Notes: generated by a model not told the origin, from the sequence alone. Shown: positions 51,063 through 61,679, counted from the stretch's first letter. The stretch is DNA of 64,000 nucleotides from an uncultured Candidatus Binatia bacterium (GCA_965218425.1 OZ244621.1:3072001-3136000), one strand, 5' to 3'. Program-made: numbers and translations.

Positions 51063-52104
51063 GAGTAAAGTCGGGGGTAAGAGGATCCTGCTCGTACTGC
51101 ATGGCTCCATTGGAGATGTGGCTCGCGCCCTGCCCTTGGCCAATCTCCTTCGACGCGGCTACCCAGAGGCGAAAATAACGTGGTCCGTTGAGCCCTTGGC
51201 CCTGCCGCTGGTGGAACATCACCCGGCGGTGGATGACGTGCTCGTATTTGATCGGGAACGGTGGTGGGGGTCCTTGGCTCCCTTTCTTGGTAAGATTCGT
51301 TCCGGTGCGTTCGATCTGGTGCTGGACCTGCAGCGGCATTTAAAGAGTGGATTAATCAGTTGGTGGTCCGGTGCTCCATTTCGTTTAGGATTTCACCGGC
51401 TTGACTCGAAGGAATGGAATTGGATTTTTAATAACCGGCATCTCCCGCCCGTGGGTGACCAGCTGCCGAAACTGTCTCACTATCTCAAGTTTGCAGAGTT
51501 CCTGGGTATCCCTGATGCCCCCATCGAGTGGAATCTCCAAAACACTCCGCAGGAAGAAGAGGGTCTTTCAAAACGCCTCCAGTCGGTGGGGGATCCCTTC
51601 GCGGTGTTTTATGTGGGAGCGAGCCGGGAGAGTAAACGATGGTTCCCCTATCAGACGGCACTGAGCGCCCGCGAAGTTCGTAGCCGTTATGGGTTGGACA
51701 TCGTGCTACTTGGGGGAGGAGGAGATGTCCCTTTTGCGCGGGAGATGGAGAGCCACGGATTGGTTCCCTTCACGAATTGGGTTGGAAAGAGCTCCCTGAG
51801 AGAGTCCATGGGGATTCTGGCGCGGGCAAAGGTTGCCGTTGGAGTCGATACGGGGCTGATGCACCTTTCGGAAGCAGTGGGTACCCCGGTGGTCTCCCTC
51901 TGGGGCGCCACCGATCCGGTTCGAGCGGGACCCCACGCCTATGGGAATTTGATTATTAAAGGGAAAAGCGACTGTTCGCCCTGTTATCTGAGAAAGTGTC
52001 CCATTGGACGAGTCTGTATGCAGTCCATTGAAATCGAGGATGTCATAACCAAAGTTGGTGAGGCATTGGCTCAAGGTGGTTATTTGCATGGGGCCGGAGG
52101 GTGA
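51046..52104 (+). CDS. GT9 heptosyltransferase family protein
   Basis: SIGDV, DLQ, SKRW, DTGLMHL, LWGAT, CSPC. Start uncertain. Confidence 0.9.
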   Translation: MSKVNESKVGGKRILLVLHGSIGDVARALPLANLLRRGYPEAKITWSVEPLALPLVEHHPAVDDVLVFDRERWWGSLAPFLGKIRSGAFDLVLDLQRHLKSGLISWWSGAPFRLGFHRLDSKEWNWIFNNRHLPPVGDQLPKLSHYLKFAEFLGIPDAPIEWNLQNTPQEEEGLSKRLQSVGDPFAVFYVGASRESKRWFPYQTALSAREVRSRYGLDIVLLGGGGDVPFAREMESHGLVPFTNWVGKSSLRESMGILARAKVAVGVDTGLMHLSEAVGTPVVSLWGATDPVRAGPHAYGNLIIKGKSDCSPCYLRKCPIGRVCMQSIEIEDVITKVGEALAQGGYLHGAGG

Positions 52105-52267
52105 GCATCGACTCTTCCGAAACGGGAGCTGGAGTCTCCTGGTCAATCCTGATATCCGAACTCCGGATTTGTGGAATGCATACTGCGACATCTGCATGCA
52201 AGCGGCAAAGATCCCGCCCGTCACCCCCCAGACAATATCGTTGTTAAAGCAAGAAAGGAAACGGACA

Positions 52268-53422
52268 ATGAGAATCGGCCTGGCTAATAAACGACTTGAC
52301 CTCGGAGGGGGAAATGAACGGATCTTTTATCATACGGCGGAGGGGCTCAGGGACCTGGGCCACGAAGTCCATCTCTTTTGCAGTGATTTTCGTGTGCCTC
52401 CCCCCATGGGGACCCTGGCTCACAAAGTCCCGTCCATACATCTTGGAAGAACCGCCCAACTCCTCAGCTTTGCTCACTTTTGCCCGAAGGTGATCCGACC
52501 TCACAATTGCGATGTGGTTTTAAGCTTCGCACGGATGGTATGCCAGGATATCCTGCGTAGCAGCGGTGGATCTCATCGGGTGTTTTTAGAAAAGATGAGC
52601 TTGGGGGAGGGGGCCCTGAGGCGGTTTTGGCGTCGCGTTAGCCTTTACCACCGAAGTGTCCTCGGACTTGAGACGCGCCAGTTTCATTCCAATGCCTATA
52701 AGAAGATCCTTGCCATTTCCCAGCAGGTGAAAAGAGAGCTTGTTCAATCCTACGGAGTCCCTGAGGATCGAATTGTCGTGATTTACAATGGCGTGGACCT
52801 CCAGAAATTCCATCCCGGGAATCGGGAGAGAGTTAGAGTAAAGATAAAGCAGATGTGGGGGATACCCCCCGAAGCGCCTCTGGTGCTGTTTGTTGGCAGC
52901 GGATTTTTGAGAAAGGGTCTTGACCGGTTGATCAGAGGATGGCGGGAACCCTCTCTTAGCGAAGTTTACCTTTTAGTGGTGGGTGATGACCTGCATTTGA
53001 ACCGCTATCGTCAAAGAGCACAGGCCCAGGGTCAGGATAGGATTGTTCTGGCCGGCCGTCAAAGCAACATCGAAGACTACTTCGCAGCTGCAGATATTCT
53101 TGCGCACCCCGCCCTTCAAGAAGCTTTTGGAAATGTTATGCTAGAGGCCCTGGCGTCCGGTGTTCCCGTGATCACTACCTCCATCGTAGGTGCGGCTGAG
53201 CAACTCAAGGGTCCTCTCAAAAATGGCATTCTGACCAACCCGGACGATCCCTGGGAGATGGCGGAAAAAATCCTGTGGATGCTCGACCCAGATTACTGGC
53301 CAACTCTTTCCGCACAGGCCAGAAGAACCGGGGAGAACTTTACTTGGGAAAATCACTTTCGTGAGCTCGAATCCCTTCTTATGGAAGTGGCCAAATTGGA
53401 CAAACGTGAAGAGTCTACCTGA
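52268..53422 (+). CDS. GT4 glycosyltransferase (WaaG-like)
   Basis: GGGNER, IYNGVD, RKGL, EAFGNVMLEALASG. The frame is open upstream to 52055. Confidence 0.9.
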   Translation: MRIGLANKRLDLGGGNERIFYHTAEGLRDLGHEVHLFCSDFRVPPPMGTLAHKVPSIHLGRTAQLLSFAHFCPKVIRPHNCDVVLSFARMVCQDILRSSGGSHRVFLEKMSLGEGALRRFWRRVSLYHRSVLGLETRQFHSNAYKKILAISQQVKRELVQSYGVPEDRIVVIYNGVDLQKFHPGNRERVRVKIKQMWGIPPEAPLVLFVGSGFLRKGLDRLIRGWREPSLSEVYLLVVGDDLHLNRYRQRAQAQGQDRIVLAGRQSNIEDYFAAADILAHPALQEAFGNVMLEALASGVPVITTSIVGAAEQLKGPLKNGILTNPDDPWEMAEKILWMLDPDYWPTLSAQARRTGENFTWENHFRELESLLMEVAKLDKREEST

Positions 53423-54257
53423 CCATATTCATTTGAGAAATGGTTTCTCTTCACTTTGGATCTCTCGCTCTTTGGATGCCCAATCGGCCCTCCGTCTGTT
53501 TTCCGATCCAGATGCACTCTTTGCGCATCCCCGGTGTAAGCTGATTAAAGACCGGAGAAAAATAAAAGTGGGTCGGGTCCCCTTGGAAATGGGTGGTGGG
53601 CCCAGATACATTTACTTGAAGCGTTACAATGCCTTCTCTTGGCGCTATCGCTTCGTGTCTCTACTGGTTTCTTCCGCCGCACTTCGGTCCTGGGCGGGAG
53701 CTGGCCTCCTAACGGGGGCGGATTTCCGCACGGCAAAGCCCGTGGCGGCGGTGGAGTGTCGTTCATGGGGAATGCTGACCAAGAGTTTCTACATCGCGGA
53801 GGAGATTCCAGGTGGAAGCGCCGTGGATGGACACTGGCGGGAAAAGCTCAGGGACATGAAGGGGGCCGAGGGGTTTCGCCGCCGGCGGATTTTCTTGGGG
53901 ACCCTGGCTCGGTTGTTTCGATCCCTCCATGAGATGGGCATTTATCATAATGACCTCAAAGAGGCGAACATCTTTGTATGTCGGAATGAGGACGTTCATG
54001 AAGGGTCGTTTTACCTCTTGGATCTAGATGGGATCCGGAAGTTTCGCCGTTTAGGCGAACGACGAAGGATCAAGAATCTGGTCCAACTCAATCGGACAAT
54101 GGGAAGAATGATGAGCAATGCGAAAAAAATCTATTTTCTCAAATCCTACTTGGGCGGAGACTTTTCCAATGGAGAGATAAAGAGAGAGTGGATCAAAAGA
54201 ATTATAAAGGTGAGCGGGCGAGAGGATAGACGCTCGCTCAGACAAACCTTGGGTTGA
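53406..54257 (+). CDS. Lipopolysaccharide kinase (InaA/WaaP-like)
   Basis: YLKRY, HNDLKEANI, LLDLD, NLVQLN. Start uncertain (53361 or 53406). Confidence 0.85.
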   Translation: MKSLPDHIHLRNGFSSLWISRSLDAQSALRLFSDPDALFAHPRCKLIKDRRKIKVGRVPLEMGGGPRYIYLKRYNAFSWRYRFVSLLVSSAALRSWAGAGLLTGADFRTAKPVAAVECRSWGMLTKSFYIAEEIPGGSAVDGHWREKLRDMKGAEGFRRRRIFLGTLARLFRSLHEMGIYHNDLKEANIFVCRNEDVHEGSFYLLDLDGIRKFRRLGERRRIKNLVQLNRTMGRMMSNAKKIYFLKSYLGGDFSNGEIKREWIKRIIKVSGREDRRSLRQTLG

Positions 54258-54701
54258 CCTTGCAAGAGTCCGCATCCAAATCTATCAATGTGCAAGAAAA
54301 CCTTTCCACTCAAGTCCCCAACAGCTATCTTGCCTTCGCTGCTATTTTGTTGGCGTTGGCAATGAGGCTCTACCTGTTCGAGAACTACTACACCATAAAG
54401 CTTCCGATATCTAAGATCACACCTTTGCCGAATGTGGACTGTGCCGGCCGGCAGAGAAACCCGCCTTCGGTGGGGGGCAACATCCCCTCTACGTTTGAGA
54501 CGGCCTCTTCAGTTTCTTTCCATGGGCTGCTCATGGGTTGCGCCGCCTGAAGAGCGGTGGGAGGTCGGGCTGAAACAAAGGCGCAAGACTCATTATCGAA
54601 AACCACGGTGGCGTTGGGCGACACAACTGGTCCCGTGTAACCCGTGCGGTTGATTTTCGCCATGGTGAAGCGGAAAATAGGGGGAATCGCAAACAACGCT
54701 C

Positions 54702-55493
54702 ATGTCTACCAATGGACGAAAAATTTCAGCCCTTATCGTATGTTACAATGAAGAGGAGAACATCCGCGACTGTCTGGAGAGTCTAAAATGGTGCGATGAA
54801 ATTGTGGTGGTGGATTCCATGAGCACGGATCACACTGTGGCTATCTGTCGGGAGTATACCGATCATGTAATCCAGCGGACATGGGCGGGTTATCGGGATC
54901 AAAAGGCCTTTGCCCATTCCCAGGCCACCCAGGAGTGGGCCATGCTGGTGGATGCGGATGAAAGGGTAACCATTGAATTGAGGGATGAGATCTTGCATGC
55001 CCTTGTCCGTTTCGGGGATCGCTTTGATGCTTTTGCTGTGCCGCGCCTTGTTCGCTATCTTGGAATATGGTGGTGGCGTGGGGATTGGTACCCCGACTAC
55101 GATATCAGGGTATTTCGACGAGACCGTGCCACCTGGGGCGAACAGGATCCGCACGAGCGTATCCTCGTTCCAGGAAAGGTTCGGCGTCTAAGGCACGCCT
55201 TGCATCATCACTCGTACCGAGACATTAGCGATCACTTAAATCGGGTCAATCGCTTCACCACAATCTCGGCGGGAGAGATCAAGGGGCTGGGGCGACGCTG
55301 GGGCTGGACGGACAACCTCTTGCGCCCCCCCTTTCGCTTCTTTCGTGCCTTCGTGCTGAAAAGAGCGTTCCTGGATGGATTGCCCGGATTTTTCGTGGCT
55401 GTAACGGGAGCAATTTATGTCTTCCTTAAATATGCTAAACTCAAGGAACTGGAATTGATGGATCAGGAGAAACGCCGACGTGGAGGAAACTAG
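54702..55493 (+). CDS. GT2 glycosyltransferase (KdtX/WaaE-like)
   Basis: NEEENI, VVDSMSTDHT, VDADE, YPDY, HE, FLDGLPG. Confidence 0.92.
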   Translation: MSTNGRKISALIVCYNEEENIRDCLESLKWCDEIVVVDSMSTDHTVAICREYTDHVIQRTWAGYRDQKAFAHSQATQEWAMLVDADERVTIELRDEILHALVRFGDRFDAFAVPRLVRYLGIWWWRGDWYPDYDIRVFRRDRATWGEQDPHERILVPGKVRRLRHALHHHSYRDISDHLNRVNRFTTISAGEIKGLGRRWGWTDNLLRPPFRFFRAFVLKRAFLDGLPGFFVAVTGAIYVFLKYAKLKELELMDQEKRRRGGN

Positions 55494-56595
55494 ACGGCCG
55501 CTAAAAATTTTGCATGTGGATTCAGAGAAGGATTGGGCCGGCGGTCAGACTCAGGTGGTGGGTCTCCTCTCCTATCTTTCCGGTAAGATGCATCAGAATC
55601 ATCTTTTGTGTCATCCCGACGGGGCCCTCCAGAAAAGGGTCCGGAACATGGGTATCCCGACATTGCCCCTCAAGGTAAAAAACGACCTGGATCTGTTGCC
55701 GGTTTTTCGCTTGAAGCGACTCATCAGGGAAGAGCGGTATGATATTGTCCACTTTCATACCAGGAGAGCCCATGCCCTATGTTTCTGGCTGGGACAGATT
55801 CATCCAGGGCTCAAGTATGTGGTGACGCGGAGAATGGACTATCGGATAAAGAAAAATTGGTACAATGATCGTCTTTATGACAAACAGGTGGATGGAGTGG
55901 TTGCCATCTCTGAAAAAATTGCATCCCTGTTGGCCGAAGGGGGAGTGAACAGGGAAAAGATCCGTGTCATCCATAGCGGTATTGATCCCCAACCTTTTCA
56001 AAGGGAAAACGTAGACGAACCCAATTCCACCCGGCTCATTGTGGGAACGGTGGCGGTGCTAGAACAGAGAAAGGGCCATCGATTTTTGTTGGAAGCGGCG
56101 AAGATTCTGAAGGACCAGGGCATTCGGTTGCGCTATCTCTTTGCTGGAGAAGGTGCCGAACGGAATTATCTAGAGCGGCTTGTGCTTAAGTGGGGACTCC
56201 AGGACGAGGTGGCTTTTATCGGCTTCGTGAGTGACATCCCATCGTTTCTAGCTGGCATCGATATTTTTGTTTTGCCTTCTCTGTATGAGGGCCTCGGGGT
56301 TTCCGTTATTGAGGCCATGGCGGCTGGCAAGCCAGTGGTGGCCAGTCGGGTGGGAGGCGTTCCCGAATCGGTGGAAGACCACATAACGGGTTTATTGGTC
56401 CCGCCGGGAGATCCTCCGGCATTGGCCCGGGTGATCTCAAATCTACTTTCTCAGAGAGAGACCCTAGAGAGAATGGGCATGAAGGGGAGGAAGCGCGTAC
56501 AGCGGCACTTCACTCTAGAGCTCATGGCTAAGAGGAACGAAGAGTTTTATTACGAGCTTCTTCAAGACGGGATAGGAAGTGAGCCCATCCAATAG
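55480..56595 (+). CDS. GT4 glycosyltransferase
   Basis: WAGGQ, RKGH, EGLGVSVIEAMAAG. Confidence 0.92.
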   Translation: MEETRRPLKILHVDSEKDWAGGQTQVVGLLSYLSGKMHQNHLLCHPDGALQKRVRNMGIPTLPLKVKNDLDLLPVFRLKRLIREERYDIVHFHTRRAHALCFWLGQIHPGLKYVVTRRMDYRIKKNWYNDRLYDKQVDGVVAISEKIASLLAEGGVNREKIRVIHSGIDPQPFQRENVDEPNSTRLIVGTVAVLEQRKGHRFLLEAAKILKDQGIRLRYLFAGEGAERNYLERLVLKWGLQDEVAFIGFVSDIPSFLAGIDIFVLPSLYEGLGVSVIEAMAAGKPVVASRVGGVPESVEDHITGLLVPPGDPPALARVISNLLSQRETLERMGMKGRKRVQRHFTLELMAKRNEEFYYELLQDGIGSEPIQ

Positions 56596-57583
56596 CCGTA
56601 GAAGAAAATTTCTCACCCTAGTGAATCGATTCCGCGGCAAACATCTACTGGTGGTGGGTGATTTGATGTTGGACCGATTTATTTGGGGCGAGGTGGAACG
56701 GATGTCACCTGAGGCGCCGGTTCCTGTGGTTCGGGTGGTTTCGGAAAGTCACCGTCTCGGGGGAGCAGCCAACGTCATTCACAACGTCCGCGGACTTGGA
56801 GGGCGTGTCACTGCATGTGGGGTTTTGGGAAAGGACGAAGCGGGAAGGCAGCTGCTTAGCGACCTCAAGGTCATTGGAAGCTCCACCGCAGGGGTCTTTG
56901 CAGAGCCTCGGTTCATGACCACCCAGAAGAGCCGGTTGATTGCCCGACCTCGCCACCAACAGCTGGTTCGATTGGACCATGAAAATCATGGAGCCATAAG
57001 CGAGAAGGTGTGTGAACAAATTCGCCGGTTTGTGAAACGTCAAATGAGCCGATGCGATGCTGTGGTGGTTTCCGATTATGACAAGGGAGTCGTTCATCCT
57101 GAGCTTTTGGAAGTCATCGGCGAATTGGTTCAGAAAATGGGCATTCCATGTGTGGTGGATCCGAAAAAAGAGAACTTTGGCAGATACCGCAACGCAACTC
57201 TTGTGACCCCCAATAAGGAGGAGGCTGGTGAAGCGGCGGGTATAGCTATCCATGATCAGGCCTCCTTGGAAAGAGCGGGCGATGTGCTGCTAAAAAAGTG
57301 GCAAGCCAACGCCGTGCTGGTGACCCGAGGGCAGGAGGGTATGAGCTTGTTCCGTCACGATGGATCCGTTGGATATTTTCCCACCGCCGCCAAGGAAGTC
57401 TTCGACGTCACGGGGGCAGGGGACACCGTGGTGGCCACCTGTGCTTTGACCCTCGCAAGCGGGGGAACCTTTGAAGATGCCGCAACCTTGGCCAATTTGG
57501 CTGCCGGAATAGTAGTGGGAGAGGTGGGTACCGCCAACGTACCTGAGGACCGGCTCAGACAGCAGATCCGCGAGTGGTACTAG
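56579..57583 (+). CDS. rfaE1: D-glycero-beta-D-manno-heptose-7-phosphate kinase (HldE kinase domain only)
   Basis: GDLMLD, SPEAPVPV, GGAANV, SDYDKG, DVTGAGDT. Confidence 0.94.
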   Translation: MSPSNSRRRKFLTLVNRFRGKHLLVVGDLMLDRFIWGEVERMSPEAPVPVVRVVSESHRLGGAANVIHNVRGLGGRVTACGVLGKDEAGRQLLSDLKVIGSSTAGVFAEPRFMTTQKSRLIARPRHQQLVRLDHENHGAISEKVCEQIRRFVKRQMSRCDAVVVSDYDKGVVHPELLEVIGELVQKMGIPCVVDPKKENFGRYRNATLVTPNKEEAGEAAGIAIHDQASLERAGDVLLKKWQANAVLVTRGQEGMSLFRHDGSVGYFPTAAKEVFDVTGAGDTVVATCALTLASGGTFEDAATLANLAAGIVVGEVGTANVPEDRLRQQIREWY

Positions 57584-57776
57584 GCTTCATCTAATTATCC
57601 GTCCAGGAATTTATCGTTGGCAGATAACCCATGGCGCTCCGGGTTTGTTTGTGCCATATTCCGGCAACTGTGTTTTTTGCGAAGGACTATGATGGATTTC
57701 CGAAGCCCAATGAAACGTTCTGGGCCTTTGTTTGGGGTCTTTGAACTTGGTACATGAAAGGGAAGTGATGGGCTCA

Positions 57777-58640
57777 ATGAAAAGCATGACGGGTTACGGT
57801 GAATCCACAGCTCAGGGCAAGGCGGCAAAGGTTTCCGTCCAGCTCCGCACATTGAACCACCGCCACCTGGACATTCAGCTTAGGGTGCCGAGACATTACC
57901 TTGCCATCGAGGAAGGCATGCGGCAGAAGATTCGACAGAGCATCTCAAGGGGCCGGGTGGAGTTGTTCATCACGCGATCTCCAGTTAAGGGGACGGGCCG
58001 CAAACTAGAGCTGGATGAGGTTTTGTTGGAGCAGTATCTGTCCGCCATTCGACGGGCCAAGAAAAGATTTGGTCTCAAGGGAGAGTTGGATCTTGCGTTG
58101 GTTTCTAGTCTCCCAGACCTTTTCCAGTCCAGGGAAGAGGAGGGTATCGGGGAAAATGAGAGGGGGCTGGTTTTAAAGACGCTTGGTGCGGCCCTTGCAA
58201 ACCTCGATCGTTCCAGGGGTCGAGAGGGAAATCATCTAAAACAAGATATCCAGGAGCAAGTGCGCGAGCTCCAGAAGATTTGTGCCGGTTTGCGTGAGGA
58301 AGCCAAAAAGGTGGAGAAGTCACTGCGGGATTCCATTTCCTTCCGGGAGGGGGGTAAATCGCCGGAGGGGCAACGGGGCGCTTGGGAACATGAAAATTCC
58401 CTCCCCAAGGGGGATATTCACGAAGAGGTGATTCGGCTTAAAAGCCATGTGGATGGCTTATGGCGATTGGTGCGGGAGAGTGGGTCTGTGGGGAAAAAGA
58501 TGGATTTTCTACTCCAAGAAGTGCAGCGAGAGCTGACAACCATGAGTTCCAAAGCGCCCCATCTTTCAGTGGTGGGATTGGTTTTGACGGGTAAGGAGAA
58601 GGTGGAAAAAATCAGAGAACAGGTTCAAAACGTCGAGTGA
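57777..58640 (+). CDS. yicC: YicC/YloC family endoribonuclease
   Basis: MKSMTGYG, NHRHLD, RGRV, DIHEE..RLKSH, IREQVQNVE. Confidence 0.9.
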   Translation: MKSMTGYGESTAQGKAAKVSVQLRTLNHRHLDIQLRVPRHYLAIEEGMRQKIRQSISRGRVELFITRSPVKGTGRKLELDEVLLEQYLSAIRRAKKRFGLKGELDLALVSSLPDLFQSREEEGIGENERGLVLKTLGAALANLDRSRGREGNHLKQDIQEQVRELQKICAGLREEAKKVEKSLRDSISFREGGKSPEGQRGAWEHENSLPKGDIHEEVIRLKSHVDGLWRLVRESGSVGKKMDFLLQEVQRELTTMSSKAPHLSVVGLVLTGKEKVEKIREQVQNVE

Positions 58641-59263
58641 GAAAGCCCCCTGCTATGCCTGTCAGGCGTAAAGGCTTTATCTTTGTTGTTTCGGCTCCAT
58701 CGGGCGCGGGTAAGACGACCCTTGTAAAGAGGCTCTTGAAGCTGTTCCCTGATATCCGCCTCTCGGTGTCATGCACCACACGGAGCATCAGACCTGGGGA
58801 AATCCGTGGTCGGGATTATCACTTTGTGGGCCGGGGAAAATTCGAGCTCATGCGCGACAGAGGTGACTTTGCTGAATGGGCAAAGGTCCATGGGAGCTAT
58901 TATGGAACCCCTTGGCGCCCCTTGGATCGTAGCCTCAGAAACGGTTATGATGTTCTATTAGACATTGACGTGGTGGGTTTTCGAAAAATCAAACGACGGT
59001 ACCCCAACGCGGTGTCTGTTTTTCTACTTCCTCCCTCCTGGCAGGAGCTGGAGAGGCGACTGGCCTCAAGGAAAACTGACGGAAAAGAAGTAATTCGGAA
59101 ACGATTAAAGAACGCGCAGCGGGAGTTGCGTGAAAGCAAGAGGTACGATTTTTTGATCGTCAACCGCGAGATCCGTGATGCTCTGGACTCGCTCAAGTCT
59201 ATTGTGAAGGCGGAAAGGCTGCGAGTCTCCAGAGTGCGGCGTTGGAAGGATCCATCCCCTTGA
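58637..59263 (+). CDS. gmk: Guanylate kinase
   Basis: APSGAGKTT, TTR, GRDYHF, YYGT, LDID. Confidence 0.96.
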   Translation: MRKPPAMPVRRKGFIFVVSAPSGAGKTTLVKRLLKLFPDIRLSVSCTTRSIRPGEIRGRDYHFVGRGKFELMRDRGDFAEWAKVHGSYYGTPWRPLDRSLRNGYDVLLDIDVVGFRKIKRRYPNAVSVFLLPPSWQELERRLASRKTDGKEVIRKRLKNAQRELRESKRYDFLIVNREIRDALDSLKSIVKAERLRVSRVRRWKDPSP

Positions 59264-59291
59264 GGATGGGAAATTTCCAGGGACCATTGTT

Positions 59292-61454
59292 ATGAGCAAG
59301 GAAGTTCGCGTTGGCGATTTAATTGAAAGAGTTCAAGGCTATCATCCAGCGGCGGATGTAGACATGATCCGTTGTGCCTACGACTTCTCCGCCAAAGTCC
59401 ACAAAGGCCAGAGGCGCTTGTCAGGTGAACCCTATCTGATCCATCCCATGGCTGTGGCAGGGATTATTGCAGACCTAAAACTTGACGTGCCAAGTATTGT
59501 GGCGGGATTACTCCACGACACAGTGGAGGACACCTTGACTTCCTTGGAGCAGGTTGAAGATTCCTTTGGCAATGAGGTGGCTGCCCTGGTGGATGGGGTC
59601 ACAAAAATCAGCCAGGTTAATTTCACCAGTCGAGAAGAAAAGCAGGCGGAGAACGTCCGCAAGATGATCCTGGCCATGGGCAAGGATGTGCGTGTCATCT
59701 TGATTAAGTTGGCGGACCGAACCCACAACATGCGGACCTTAAGCCACATGCCGATGGAAAAGCAGATCGCCACGGCTCAAGAGACCTTGGACATTTACGC
59801 CCCCTTGGCTCGTCGTTTGGGTATCGAATGGATCAAATGCGAACTGGAGGACCACTCCCTTCAGTATCTGCGCCCCGAAATCTTTTATCAACTCAGACGG
59901 GACGTGGCGGAAAAAAAGGGGGACCAGGAAAAGTACATCAATGATGTCATTACGGTCATTAGTAAAAAGTTGGCGGAGGAAGGAATTGACACCGAGGTTA
60001 CCGGACGGCTCAAGCACTTCTACAGCATCTATCAAAAGATGGAAAGTCAAAACCTTCCCTATGACCAGATCCATGATCTGGTTGCGTTCCGCATTGTGGT
60101 GGATACGGTGCGGGAGTGTTATGAGACCTTAGGGGTGATTCACTCACACTGGAAGCCCGTTCCCGGTCGTTTCAAGGATTACATCGCTTTACCCAAACCC
60201 AACATGTTTCAGTCCCTCCATACCACTGTTATCGGTCCCCATGGGCAACGTGCGGAAATTCAGATCCGGACCCATGAAATGCACCGCGTGGCGGAGGAAG
60301 GGATCGCAGCCCACTGGCGCTACAAAGAAGGGAAGGATTTCGAGTTCACGGAGATCCAAGGGTTTGCCTGGTTGCGCCAGCTTCTTGAGTGGCAGCAAAA
60401 CCTCGAAGATCCGCAGGAATTTCTCCATAGCATCAAGGAGGACCTTTTCCCTGAGGAGGTCTACGTGTTTACTCCGAAGGGCGACCTCATAAACTTTCCC
60501 AAGGGAGCCAATGTGATTGATTTTGCCTATCGAATTCACTCTGACATTGGACACCGCTGTTCTGGCGCACGGGTGAATGGTCGGTTGGTTTCATTGAGAT
60601 ATATTCTGCGTAGCGGCGATACGGTTGAAATCATCAGAACCCATCAACAGACCCCTAGTCGCGATTGGCTCAAACTAGTCAAGACGCCACGAGCAAAGGC
60701 GAGGATTCGCAATTGGATTAAGACCCAGGAGCGAGAAAGGAGCGTGGACCTCGGTCGCGAACTCTTGGAGGGGGACCTCAACCAGTATCAACTGGATTAC
60801 GCAGCGCTTCGTCGTGAGGGCAAGATTGAAACCATGGCCCGTGAACTCGGCGCAAAGGACGAGGAAGGCCTTCTGGCCGGTATCGGTTACGGCAAGATCA
60901 GTCCGCTTCAGGTTTTGACCAAACTGGTCTCCCCGGAAAAGCTGGAGAGCGGCCAGAAAAAGAGCGAGGGGGCGCTGAGTCGTCTTTTTCGTATGGCGGG
61001 TGGTCAACAACGAGGCCAGGGTTTAAAGGTCAAAGGGTTAGGAGATGTTCTGGTTCGCTTTGGCCAGTGCTGTCATCCTTTACCGGGAGAAGATGTGATC
61101 GGTTTTATCACGCGGGGTAGGGGGGTTACGGTCCATGTTTCAAGCTGCCCCACAGTTTTGGAAAGTGACCCGCAAAGGAAGGTGGGTGTGAGATGGGAAG
61201 ATGAGGGGCAAACCCGACGACCCATTAAAATTGAGGTAAGCTGCGTTGACCGACCGGGACTCTTAGCCGACATTAGCTCGGCCATTACCAGCTCAAAGGT
61301 GAACATCGCAAGGGCCTACGTTCGTACCTTCCCTGATCAAAAGGCCCTGAATACCTTTGAGATCATGATTACCAACTCAGACGAGCTAAATCGCGTTCTG
61401 AGAAGCATTACAAAAGTCAAAGGCGTCTATACAGCGGTGAGGGCGAGGGGATAG
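59292..61454 (+). CDS. relA: Bifunctional (p)ppGpp synthetase/hydrolase (RelA/SpoT)
   Basis: Intact HD domain (HDTVED), RFKDYI, SLHTT, TGS, CC and ACT domains. Confidence 0.96.
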   Translation: MSKEVRVGDLIERVQGYHPAADVDMIRCAYDFSAKVHKGQRRLSGEPYLIHPMAVAGIIADLKLDVPSIVAGLLHDTVEDTLTSLEQVEDSFGNEVAALVDGVTKISQVNFTSREEKQAENVRKMILAMGKDVRVILIKLADRTHNMRTLSHMPMEKQIATAQETLDIYAPLARRLGIEWIKCELEDHSLQYLRPEIFYQLRRDVAEKKGDQEKYINDVITVISKKLAEEGIDTEVTGRLKHFYSIYQKMESQNLPYDQIHDLVAFRIVVDTVRECYETLGVIHSHWKPVPGRFKDYIALPKPNMFQSLHTTVIGPHGQRAEIQIRTHEMHRVAEEGIAAHWRYKEGKDFEFTEIQGFAWLRQLLEWQQNLEDPQEFLHSIKEDLFPEEVYVFTPKGDLINFPKGANVIDFAYRIHSDIGHRCSGARVNGRLVSLRYILRSGDTVEIIRTHQQTPSRDWLKLVKTPRAKARIRNWIKTQERERSVDLGRELLEGDLNQYQLDYAALRREGKIETMARELGAKDEEGLLAGIGYGKISPLQVLTKLVSPEKLESGQKKSEGALSRLFRMAGGQQRGQGLKVKGLGDVLVRFGQCCHPLPGEDVIGFITRGRGVTVHVSSCPTVLESDPQRKVGVRWEDEGQTRRPIKIEVSCVDRPGLLADISSAITSSKVNIARAYVRTFPDQKALNTFEIMITNSDELNRVLRSITKVKGVYTAVRARG

Positions 61455-61487
61455 ATTGATTTTGGATTAATCTAAAATCAATAATCT

Positions 61488-61679
61488 TCAGGCGACCTTC
61501 ACCACCCGGCCTGAACGGATGCAGTGGGTACACACGGAGACCCGACGCACCTGACCATCGACCTGGGCCCGTACCTTCTGAAGGTTGGGTTGCCAGACTT
61601 TTTTGGTTTTATTGTTGGCGTGGCTTACGTTGTATCCTACGGATCGCCCTTTGCCGCAGATTGAGCAGATTCTTGCCAT
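61488..61679 (-). CDS. rpmB: 50S ribosomal protein L28 (Zn-binding type)
   Basis: [30 protein letters not shown]. Confidence 0.97.
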   Translation of the reverse strand: MARICSICGKGRSVGYNVSHANNKTKKVWQPNLQKVRAQVDGQVRRVSVCTHCIRSGRVVKVA

